Shown here: in pieces, positions 7,883 through 16,077 of the stretch
Layout of the letters: the number at the start of each line of letters is the position of its first letter
How positions within the stretch are numbered: position 1 is the first letter of the stretch
IMG/VR virus record: IMGVR_UViG_3300009181_000044
Span: 1-64,000 of that record
DNA: 64,000 nucleotides
Direction: 5' to 3' (one strand)
Source of the DNA: a virus
Notes under the pieces: generated by a model
The model's input: only the letters and a program-made list of their open reading frames with translations
The model's database searches: none
What the model was told of the DNA's origin: nothing
Translations under genes and position numbers: made by a program

Positions 7883-8359
7883 TTAATGTCCTTGTTTGCT
7901 TGGTACATATACGCCACGAATATCAAAACGATCACAAACCGCTTTTAGATAAGTAATATTATCTTCATAAAATGTAAATTCGGCATCTTTGAAATTTAGC
8001 AAATTAAAGAATTTAGCCAAACCTGCAATTTTAAGGGTTGCACCTGATACATTGTCGCCATCTTTGCGAGATATGATATAATCTGGTTCGCCTAGAATCT
8101 CGCTAATAAATTGATTATCAGCATCCCGCAAAACACGGGCAGTAGCAATAATAACAAAACAATTCTCATTTCTGAGGTCTGTTTTGTATTGTTCTGCCAA
8201 TGGTAAAAGTGAATCTTCCAATGCACGATATTCATTTTCACGCCAATAATCAAGGTCGATACGCTCGCCATTGTCGCCAATGATAGTGCGATACCGATGC
8301 AATGAGTCAACAATTGTGCCATCCATGTCATATATTGAAACCTTTGTGATTTTAGCCAT
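7883..8359 (-). CDS. HAD-superfamily phosphatase / nucleotidase
   Basis: DMDGT motif I, ATAR motif II, FYEDN motif IV. Confidence 0.8.
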   Translation of the reverse strand: MAKITKVSIYDMDGTIVDSLHRYRTIIGDNGERIDLDYWRENEYRALEDSLLPLAEQYKTDLRNENCFVIIATARVLRDADNQFISEILGEPDYIISRKDGDNVSGATLKIAGLAKFFNLLNFKDAEFTFYEDNITYLKAVCDRFDIRGVYVPSKQGH

Positions 8360-8784
8360 TTTTGCTTTTCCTTGTTACGATAGAGCAATTATACATCAAA
8401 AATCGCCCATACAACAAAAAATATTGAAAATAGCAAAAATACAACATAGGGGAAAACACCTATTGACAGACCCCAATTATATAACATATAATTGGCGCGC
8501 CCATGTAGTACCTTTGTTTTCAATTTTTCCTGAAAACAAAAGCATTACATTAATCAACCTGTATGTCTACAATTTTTTCTTGTGTGCTATCAGTCACAAT
8601 GTACATTGTGACCACGCCAAGTCCAACCATATACACACAATTTTGAATTGTGTGTATTATAGCATGAGGGTATTTTTTGCCAACATAATCAGCAACAACC
8701 AAGGGGATATTATTCATTTTGATAACCAATACAAAAGCGAAACCTTAACGGCAACAAACACAGAAAACCACAAAAGAAATTCAA

Positions 8785-8988
8785 TCATAACCAACCTTCT
8801 TCAGCTTTTTGATAAGAGTCCATGCTGTCCACAATCTTGTGCAAAGCCTCGAATTGTTCTTGCAGAAATTCTCTAGATTCCCATTCTTGTGGGGTGAAAT
8901 GTCTGGGACGCATACCATGTACATCCTTATAAAAATCCCAAATGGTATCCTGCAATTGTTGCAGGGTTGTGTGTTCGTTAAACATCAA
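8785..8988 (-). CDS. hypothetical phage protein (YKDVHGxRPR motif)
   Basis: Start overlaps the upstream stop; GAGGA RBS. Confidence 0.6.
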   Translation of the reverse strand: MMFNEHTTLQQLQDTIWDFYKDVHGMRPRHFTPQEWESREFLQEQFEALHKIVDSMDSYQKAEEGWL

Positions 8989-9116
8989 AGATCATCCTCA
9001 GAGAAAAATTGTTCAAGTGCCCCATTGTATTCGGAAAGGTTTGCAAACGCAAGACCATTACGATCACAGAATCGGTGAAAGCGGTTTAATTGTGCTTTAG
9101 TGTATTTTGTTTTCAT
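8985..9116 (-). CDS. hypothetical protein (43 aa)
   Basis: ATG 7 nt after TATAAT. Confidence 0.5.
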   Translation of the reverse strand: MKTKYTKAQLNRFHRFCDRNGLAFANLSEYNGALEQFFSEDDL

Positions 9117-9307
9117 GTTGTCTATTATACAAGGTTTTCTAAGATTTGCAAGCGTTTTGCGAAAATACCACATAGGGACAAACCCCTATTGACACACCCC
9201 AATTTTATGTGATAAAATTGGCGCAAACAAAGTAGTACCTTTGTTTGCAAAAGGGCAAGTAGTACCTTTGTTTGCAAAAGGGCAGGGTCAATAACCCTGC
9301 CCTTTGG

Positions 9308-9631
9308 TCAGGCTTTTTCAGCCTTGATAAAATCGGCAATTTTTGCCAATGCAGTTTTGTTAGCCTTAGTCAGCGAATCAGCATCAGCCTCAGAGAGTGC
9401 CAGTGCCTTAGCGATGAAATCAGCGAATTCATCTTTTTTAACAACGGCTTCACCCGTCTTGGTGGTGTATGTCTTGGCAACATAAACCTTCTCGCGAGAG
9501 AGTTTAGCAACAACAGATCGAACAGTTTTGCCAAGGGATTCAGCAATGGATTCGACCGATGTGCCAGCCTGATAGTCAGCGACCATTTTAGCGGTTTGTT
9601 CGGCAGTGTAGTTTACAGTTTTTGCAGTCAT
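9308..9631 (-). CDS. T5 A2-like protein, paralogue 4
   Basis: MTAKTVNYTAEQT...RSVVAKLSREKVY; GGAG RBS. Confidence 0.75.
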   Translation of the reverse strand: MTAKTVNYTAEQTAKMVADYQAGTSVESIAESLGKTVRSVVAKLSREKVYVAKTYTTKTGEAVVKKDEFADFIAKALALSEADADSLTKANKTALAKIADFIKAEKA

Positions 9632-9688
9632 AGAAAAATCTCCATTTAGTTGAGAGGTTGAAAAGAATTTATTATATCACACATTTAG

Positions 9689-9796
9689 TTAATAAAGCCA
9701 TACCCACAAAGGGGCAAAGGCTATTGCCACAAATAGGATAGCTTGCAGAAATTCAATAGCAAGTTGTTTCATGTTGGTCACCTTGTTTGTCATCAT
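9689..9796 (-). CDS. small membrane peptide (not in ORF track)
   Basis: MMTNKVTNMKQLAIEFLQAILFVAIAFAPLWVWLY downstream of a TATAAT promoter. Confidence 0.45.
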   Translation of the reverse strand: MMTNKVTNMKQLAIEFLQAILFVAIAFAPLWVWLY

Positions 9797-10019
9797 GTAT
9801 TTATTATAACATCAAAACAAAAAAAGATCAAGTGTGTGTTTAAATACAACATTAGGGAATGTACCTATTGACAGGGGGGTTAAGAGACATACTGTTACAC
9901 ACACGCTACTGGACCCACCCACACGGCCTATCAGGGGAAATTTTTGGAAACCCATCTGGGTGCGTAAACCACTGCACACAACAAAACACAACCGCAAAAA
10001 CCACCACAAAAAAATCAAC

Positions 10020-10048
10020 TTGCCACAGCCTACCCAAACTGATATAAT
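10020..10048 (+). promoter_or_regulatory. late-region sigma70 promoter
   Basis: TTGCCA-N17-TATAAT before TerS. Confidence 0.75.
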
Positions 10049-10068
10049 AGAACCAAAAAGGACAACCC

Positions 10069-10542
10069 ATGACACAAATGCTACCTGCTGAAGTCATTAA
10101 GATAGCCCCAGAAGCACTAGAAGTGGCCAATTGCTATCTACAACTTAACGACCCTAGAAAGGTCGCACACGAACTAGACCTGGATGTAGAAACTGTAACT
10201 GAACTACTAAAGCGACGTGAAGTTAAAGCTTACATAGACTCGGTATTTTTTGACTCGGGCTATAACAACCGCTTTCTTATGCGTCGAGCCATGGATGCAC
10301 TAATCAAACAAAAGTTTCAGGAATTAGAAGAAGCTGGAGCAGGCTCGCAAAAAGACATTTCAGAACTCTTAGCGCTTTCGCACAAGATGAGCATGGATCT
10401 CATGGACAAAGAAATTCAGCTGGAAAAAATCCGGGCAGGTACTGCACCGCAAAAACAAGTTAATGTGCAAATTAACGAAGGTTTAGATGGAAGCAAGTAT
10501 TCAAAGCTGGTACAGCAGTTAATCTCAGGAGAAGGTGTTTAA
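10069..10542 (+). CDS. terS: terminase small subunit (T5-like)
   Basis: EVKAYIDSVFFDSGYNNR...KFQELEEAGAGS.KDI resembles T5 TerS; upstream of TerL. Confidence 0.85.
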   Translation: MTQMLPAEVIKIAPEALEVANCYLQLNDPRKVAHELDLDVETVTELLKRREVKAYIDSVFFDSGYNNRFLMRRAMDALIKQKFQELEEAGAGSQKDISELLALSHKMSMDLMDKEIQLEKIRAGTAPQKQVNVQINEGLDGSKYSKLVQQLISGEGV

Positions 10543-11252
10543 TGAACCTTGCTAGTAAAATTACTATTGTTGTGCCTTGCAAAAATGAAGAAAACTATAT
10601 TGCCCACTTACTATACGCACTACGTGCTCAAGACGTTGGCAATACTAGGATTATTATTGCAGATTGTAGCACTGATACTACCAGAGCAGTTATTGCGGCT
10701 AACAGGTATGGTTTAAATGTTGAAGTTATTGAAGGCGGACCTGTATCAGTCGCAAAGAATCGTGGTGCTGCATTAGTCACTACACCTTATATCTTATTTA
10801 TTGACGCAGACGTAAGATTTTTTAACACTGGTGTTATTTGGGATGCTGTCCGCACCCTAGAAAACAAGAACTTAGATTTAGTGGGTTTAAATGTCCGCTG
10901 CTATGACGGCGACCGACGAGCACAAATTGGTTTCACAATATTTAATTGTGTAAATAATATCCTAAAGTACTTTGCGCCTTTTGCAGTAGGTGCGTTTATG
11001 CTAACACGTCGTGATAGATTTCAGGAACTAGGTGGTTTTCCAGAACAGTTCGCTACATCCGAAGATTACTTTTTATCGCGCAAGTATAGCACTCGCAAGT
11101 TCCGGTTACTTAAACACTACTTTGGACAAGACTCGCGTAGGTTTCGCAAGATGGGTTATTTTGGCATGACCAAGTATTTAGTTGTAAACTTTTTAAACAG
11201 AAATAACAAAGCCTACTGGGATAACCTAGACTCTTCAAAGTATTGGAGCTAA
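10542..11252 (+). CDS. GT2-family glycosyltransferase
   Basis: IVVPCKNEE, DCSTD, FIDAD, SED motifs. Confidence 0.9.
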   Translation: MNLASKITIVVPCKNEENYIAHLLYALRAQDVGNTRIIIADCSTDTTRAVIAANRYGLNVEVIEGGPVSVAKNRGAALVTTPYILFIDADVRFFNTGVIWDAVRTLENKNLDLVGLNVRCYDGDRRAQIGFTIFNCVNNILKYFAPFAVGAFMLTRRDRFQELGGFPEQFATSEDYFLSRKYSTRKFRLLKHYFGQDSRRFRKMGYFGMTKYLVVNFLNRNNKAYWDNLDSSKYWS

Positions 11253-11579
11253 ATGATTACCATAACCGCTGCGGCTCACAAACAAATTGCAGAAGTATTA
11301 GCTAAACGTGGTCATGGTATCGGTATTAAGATTGGTGTCAAAACTACTGGGTGTAGTGGGTTAGCTTATGTACTGGAATATGTAGATAGTATGGACTATA
11401 CAGAAAATACTGTGAATTATAGCCTAACAGACTTTTGTGTGCTAGTTAGTTTAAAGGACGAGCCTTACCTAAAAGGTTTAACAATGGATTGGGTTCGCGC
11501 AGGACTTAATACAGGTTTTGATTTCCAAAACCCAAATGAACGTGACCGCTGTGGTTGCGGAGAAAGTTTTCGAGTATAA
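11253..11579 (+). CDS. iscA: IscA/HesB A-type Fe-S carrier
   Basis: GVKTTGCSGLAY...NPN...CGCGESF. Confidence 0.92.
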   Translation: MITITAAAHKQIAEVLAKRGHGIGIKIGVKTTGCSGLAYVLEYVDSMDYTENTVNYSLTDFCVLVSLKDEPYLKGLTMDWVRAGLNTGFDFQNPNERDRCGCGESFRV

Positions 11580-12868
11580 TGAGCTTAATAATTTCCCGAC
11601 CAGACGTCAATTGTGACGTAATAGTTGACTTTCCCGCTACCACACGCTTTATCAAGCTGCCTATTACCAACTACCTAAAGTTATTAGATATCTACGATAC
11701 TATCAACCGACCCCAAATTGCATTAATCAACGCAGTCAACGATCCACAATACCGTTTTATCTGCGCAGCCCTAGCTCGCCGACTAGGCAAAACTTATATC
11801 GCCAACATTATTGGGCAATTAGTAACCTTAGTGCCTGGGTCTAATGTCTTAATTATATCGCCTAACTATAATCTCAGCTCAATCTCATTTGAGCTGCAGC
11901 GCCGCCTAATCAAACACTTTGACCTAGAAGTTTCACGAGACAACTTAAAAGACAAGATCATTGAACTTGAGAATGGCAGCACCATTCGCATGGGCTCACT
12001 TTCGACTGTGGACTCAACTGTGGGTCGCAGCTACGACTTAATTATCTTTGATGAAGCTGCATTGGGTGAAGGTGGTGAAGCTGCCTTTAACGTTGCACTT
12101 CGCCCAACCCTAGACCGACCAGGTGCTAAGGCCCTTTTCATCTCAACTCCACGTGGTCGCAACAACTGGTTCTCACAGTTTTACAATCGCGGATTTGATC
12201 CCAACTTTCCAGAATGGGTTTCGCTACAAGCTGACTATACAGAAAATACCCGCATGGCAGAATCAGATGTTGACGAAGCCCGCCGAAGCATGAGCAAGGC
12301 AGAGTTTGAGCAAGAGTACATGGCCAGCTTTACCACGTATGCAGGTCAAATCTATAACTATAGTGCCCAAGATGTAGAAACACCCGCAACCGACTTGATG
12401 GGCGAAGCCATTGCTGGCTGTGACCCTGGCTATCGCGACGAAACTGCGTTTGTGGCTGTGGTATACGATCATAAAACCGATTGTTTTTGGGTAGTAGACG
12501 AATACTTAAAAGCGGAAAAAACCACACGTGAGCATGCAGAGCAGTTTCAGCTGTTATGTGTGAAGTGGGGTATAGAAACCATTTTTATTGACTCAGCAGC
12601 TGCACAGTTTGCGTCAGACTTAGCTTACCTTTACAACTTGGCAACCACCAAGGCTAAAAAAGACGTGCTCCCCGGAATTGCTTATGTACAAACCTTAGTA
12701 CAACAAAATCGCCTTAAAGTGGCCCCACACTGCCAGCATGTGCTAGCTATGTTAGATCAATACCGCTGGGATGATAAAGAAGGCTTGCAACGCGAGCGTC
12801 CTAAGCACGATAAGTACTCTCACATGGCTGATGCCTTACGATATGCACTTTATACTTATACACTATGA
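11579..12868 (+). CDS. terL: terminase large subunit
   Basis: ARRLGKT Walker A, IIFDEAA Walker B, STPRG, C-terminal HMADALRY; start overlaps the iscA stop (TAATG). Confidence 0.95.
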   Translation: MSLIISRPDVNCDVIVDFPATTRFIKLPITNYLKLLDIYDTINRPQIALINAVNDPQYRFICAALARRLGKTYIANIIGQLVTLVPGSNVLIISPNYNLSSISFELQRRLIKHFDLEVSRDNLKDKIIELENGSTIRMGSLSTVDSTVGRSYDLIIFDEAALGEGGEAAFNVALRPTLDRPGAKALFISTPRGRNNWFSQFYNRGFDPNFPEWVSLQADYTENTRMAESDVDEARRSMSKAEFEQEYMASFTTYAGQIYNYSAQDVETPATDLMGEAIAGCDPGYRDETAFVAVVYDHKTDCFWVVDEYLKAEKTTREHAEQFQLLCVKWGIETIFIDSAAAQFASDLAYLYNLATTKAKKDVLPGIAYVQTLVQQNRLKVAPHCQHVLAMLDQYRWDDKEGLQRERPKHDKYSHMADALRYALYTYTL

Positions 12869-13539
12869 TACCTAATAGACCTATTAATGTACCACCTAGT
12901 TTTAGACCACAGGAGGCCCAAAACTTTCAAACTACGCCTGTAGTCAGTGAAATTACAGGCGATACGGCAGATAGTGATTATATACCAGACGCAGAATCTG
13001 TGATTGTGGCTACACCACTTAACTTAGACCCTGCATACTGGATTCAGCATGTAGGTGCTAAAGTTGACATTGTAGCAGGCAACTTAGTGCTGTCCGAAAC
13101 TGGCTTTTTAACTGTAAGCACAAGTCCCCAACAATACGCACTATATGTTGATACCTGGACTGGTTTGGTAGCACCCATATGCCCGCGCACAGATTATCGT
13201 GCTAGACGTTACGAGTATCGTAAACAAGACTGCATTACCCTAGTGGCAGAATGGGTAGATAACCATTTTAATTTAAATAGCTTAGCAGCTGTAAAAGCCG
13301 TTAATAGGGTCGAGTATAGAAATTTATACATGACAGGCTTTGTGGAAAAGATTATTGATTTTGGCTTTCAACTTGTTACTAACTTACAAGTAGGCGACGT
13401 TGTTATGTATGATGGGTACGCGCAGTGTGGAGTTATTGTGGAAGAGGGCAAGATCTTATATCAAGTATTAGACAAGTTTAGTTGCATAGACATCATAGAT
13501 ATGAGCAAGATACAAGGAATATATAGATATGCCAACTAA
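12865..13539 (+). CDS. lambda gpK-like NlpC/P60 tail-tip assembly peptidase (divergent)
   Basis: RRYEYRKQDCITLV...LQVGDVVM...QCGVIVEEGKILYQ parallels gpK GR.F..G..DCY.L...GD....H......G..LHH. Confidence 0.6.
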   Translation: MIPNRPINVPPSFRPQEAQNFQTTPVVSEITGDTADSDYIPDAESVIVATPLNLDPAYWIQHVGAKVDIVAGNLVLSETGFLTVSTSPQQYALYVDTWTGLVAPICPRTDYRARRYEYRKQDCITLVAEWVDNHFNLNSLAAVKAVNRVEYRNLYMTGFVEKIIDFGFQLVTNLQVGDVVMYDGYAQCGVIVEEGKILYQVLDKFSCIDIIDMSKIQGIYRYAN

Positions 13540-14143
13540 AAGACTTTATATAGATGGTAATGGCGTTTTAAGCATTACAAACTACGCAAATTCTACTAAT
13601 GCACACGCTAATCCTACTGCAAATATTGATGATGTACACTTACACAGCAGCTTACCTTACTTACGCTTAAAACAAACTTTTGGCCCTGTTAACGTTACCT
13701 TACCAGCAATTGCAAAAAGCACTTATGAGCCTCCTGCTGGTGGCGGCGGTAAGTCTGGCGGAGCAACTGGTCTTTGTGTAGTTGCCACAGAACTAACACA
13801 CCAAGGACAATGGACTAGACGTGACTATAATAGATTAACTTCGTGGAGCCGTAAAAAACTTGACAAAACGTTTTTAGGTCGTTGTTTACACTACGGATAT
13901 CCTGTAGTTGCTGAACGTTTTGTATTGCCGTACTTAAAACAACCCAATACTTGGTTGGCCAAATATTTGGCCTGGTCATTTAATAATGCTACTGCCATCT
14001 TACAAAATAAATCATTCTCTTGGTTAAGCTTACCCAGTGTAGCATTATGGGTTGTAGCTATGACTATAGTAGGTGTATTTATAACCAAAAAACAACACCT
14101 TAAAACTATTGAAAAGCTAACTGGGGGCAAGCATGGCCTATGA
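13529..14143 (+). CDS. tail-tip protein: pb5-like N-terminus + GGGGK linker + CFI-box-like domain + TM segment
   Basis: VLS...NAHANP...HSSLPY; GGGGKSGG..LCVVATE...LDKTFLGR...GY; hydrophobic C-terminus. Confidence 0.5.
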   Translation: MPTKRLYIDGNGVLSITNYANSTNAHANPTANIDDVHLHSSLPYLRLKQTFGPVNVTLPAIAKSTYEPPAGGGGKSGGATGLCVVATELTHQGQWTRRDYNRLTSWSRKKLDKTFLGRCLHYGYPVVAERFVLPYLKQPNTWLAKYLAWSFNNATAILQNKSFSWLSLPSVALWVVAMTIVGVFITKKQHLKTIEKLTGGKHGL

Positions 14144-14402
14144 CGTTGTATCGGGGTATATTAGTAATCATTTTTTAGGAACTACCACTGTTGCTGATCC
14201 AATTATTATGCTGGAGATTGATGGAGCTGTACAAGCATGCAGTTATATTGTACAACGCATAGGCAACAGTGTTAGGTACGTATATCCCAGAGTGATTACA
14301 GTTAGTGGAGTAAATAACGTATACTTAACCGCCATAAGTCAACTATACGGTAGCGATTTACCTGAAATAACAAAATCTATTAAAGTTTATGTATCGGAAT
14401 AA
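14133..14402 (+). CDS. small tail-tip protein
   Basis: Beta-rich 89 aa, translationally coupled. Confidence 0.55.
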   Translation: MAYDVVSGYISNHFLGTTTVADPIIMLEIDGAVQACSYIVQRIGNSVRYVYPRVITVSGVNNVYLTAISQLYGSDLPEITKSIKVYVSE

Positions 14403-14404
14403 CC

Positions 14405-15319
14405 ATGGTTGAAAGAGTAAGCATAACACCACAAGTAATGACACTACGAGATGCTGGAGGCAATCCTACATTTTCTACTGATTTTCGCTATATTAAAAAT
14501 ACTAGTCCAGGTACATTATCTTTAACGCAAGAAAACAAAATCCCCGTACCTTATAAGAGTTCAATTACTACTAGTCAAGATGGTGGACATACTACTTATG
14601 ACCCAGGAATACTTGACACTACTTTAAGTACAGGTACAAACTATAAACCATGGGATAGAATTGGTACTGCGCCAGCTAAAGGAACTTTTGTTATTACACC
14701 CCAAGCAATCTATAGATGGGGAATTGCTAGCCAGTCTGGCAGTAACGGTAGAATAACTAGATATTCTACTACTAACTTAAACAGTGGAACCCAAAATGTA
14801 CTACTTGCTTGGCCAGGATTAATAGGGTATATATTAGTAAATGGCCAGTATCAGAGTAGGTACTATCCAGAATATGGAGCAAGCTACTGGAGCGCATTAT
14901 ACGCATATTTATATGATTGGTATTACGTACGAGTAGTAGGTGCTAGTCAATATCAAACATTCTTTAGAGGCGATGTAGTAGGCAGAATACTTCAGACTTC
15001 GGCAAAGAGCGGCGACAATAACATCGACCCTTCCACCGCAACCACATTATATATACCAGTTGAAGCAGGAGATGTAGTTGACTTAGAGTATAACTATAAT
15101 TACGATTATAATTATTCTACTGGTCAATATGACTATGTAAGTCAAGGTCTGCGCATGTATTGGCAAAGCGTTAGTGGAGTAACAGACGGGTATTATAATG
15201 GATTTGGTATGCCAGCAGGAAGTATTAAATATTTAGGTGGTGTAGATGATACTGTTTACCCAATCAGGGCCAGATTTTACTCAGACACTGCAACTCTACC
15301 TTTAGGGGTTACAGCATGA
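14405..15319 (+). CDS. putative receptor-binding tail-tip subunit
   Basis: N-terminal TLRDAGGNPTFSTDFRY motif; Tyr/Gly-rich body. Confidence 0.55.
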   Translation: MVERVSITPQVMTLRDAGGNPTFSTDFRYIKNTSPGTLSLTQENKIPVPYKSSITTSQDGGHTTYDPGILDTTLSTGTNYKPWDRIGTAPAKGTFVITPQAIYRWGIASQSGSNGRITRYSTTNLNSGTQNVLLAWPGLIGYILVNGQYQSRYYPEYGASYWSALYAYLYDWYYVRVVGASQYQTFFRGDVVGRILQTSAKSGDNNIDPSTATTLYIPVEAGDVVDLEYNYNYDYNYSTGQYDYVSQGLRMYWQSVSGVTDGYYNGFGMPAGSIKYLGGVDDTVYPIRARFYSDTATLPLGVTA

Positions 15320-15822
15320 GTTTAAAAATTAGTGGTACAAATATAGTAGTTAACAATGCAAGTGGTGTAGAGCAGTTTAATAGTAATGACAAACTTGTTT
15401 ACAGAAAAGCTACGGTTACAGGTAGCACAACCCTTGGGGGTTCTAATTCAGCTCAAGTACTTCAAGCAATACCCAATGTACTATTAAACCCGCAAAAAGA
15501 CTTTTCTTTAATGTATATTAAAGTTACTGGTGGAACAGGTAACTTAATGAATACTTTTTTAAATTCTACTATTCAATTAAATTTCCCTCTACTTTTAAAT
15601 GTTGCTTACAGCACAACAAGTGCTGCTGTAACAGAATACGACGTACTATCTGGAATGATTAATCCAGGAGAAGGGTGGAATAGTACAGGATTTGTGCCCT
15701 ACGTAGAATTTGTAACAGTAAGTTACGCAAAATCAGGCGGTCCAGGGTATTTTGAAGAAAATCCCTTAACAACAGCAACAATAAGTTTTGACTGGAAAGC
15801 AGTCATTTTAAGCTATAGGTAA
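15316..15822 (+). CDS. putative tail-tip subunit
   Basis: N-terminal VVNNASGVEQFNSNDK, the same motif type as the previous gene. Confidence 0.55.
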   Translation: MSLKISGTNIVVNNASGVEQFNSNDKLVYRKATVTGSTTLGGSNSAQVLQAIPNVLLNPQKDFSLMYIKVTGGTGNLMNTFLNSTIQLNFPLLLNVAYSTTSAAVTEYDVLSGMINPGEGWNSTGFVPYVEFVTVSYAKSGGPGYFEENPLTTATISFDWKAVILSYR

Positions 15823-15825
15823 TAT

Positions 15826-16038
15826 ATGGATTTAACAAATAAACAAATTAGAATTAACAGTACTTCAATCGGAGGACTACCAGCAATAACAGTAGTAAAT
15901 GTATCCGTTATGCAGGAAGTAAGCCCTGGTATTAAACAAATATTGGGTACTTATGAGCTGCAGTTTGAGGAGGCATATAGCAATCCCGGAGACCCTAATC
16001 TGCTGAGTGCTATAACAGAAAAACTAACTGCGCTATAA
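15826..16038 (+). CDS. hypothetical protein
   Basis: 70-aa ORF in operon. Confidence 0.6.
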   Translation: MDLTNKQIRINSTSIGGLPAITVVNVSVMQEVSPGIKQILGTYELQFEEAYSNPGDPNLLSAITEKLTAL

Positions 16039-16077
16039 AACGCAACTACAGCAAAACTGGGTCATAAAAAATCCTCA

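Larger units (their letters stand above)
3736..9895 (+). repeat. repeated intergenic promoter/palindrome cassettes
   Basis: TTGACA at 3736, 4054, 4684, 5538, 6266, 7601, 8463, 9189, 9868 (also 1938), most followed by a TATAAT-covering palindrome and TGGCGC; 6306-6355 is identical to 7641-7690. Confidence 0.9.

Noticed and set aside
4722-9307. Integron attC cassettes
   Set aside because: Stop codons abut palindromes, but there are no RYYYAAC/GTTRRRY boxes and no integrase in the window
6197-9808. Leaderless pre-early mRNAs (ATG 6-7 nt after TATAAT at 6197, 9116, 9796)
   Set aside because: Two of the three have alternative downstream starts with SD-like sequences; undecidable without TSS data
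3736-9895. CRISPR array or CRISPR-repeat mimics (GTTTCCAA...TTGGAAAC at 4739, GTTTTCA...TGAAAAC at 8516)
   Set aside because: Repeats are degenerate, separated by whole genes rather than 30-40 nt spacers, only about 22 nt long, and no cas genes are present
8271-10130. Plus-strand and overlapping ORFs such as 8271-8876, 9272-9649, 9834-10091, 9812-10075
   Set aside because: Antisense to better-supported genes or spanning regulatory repeats; no RBS or motif
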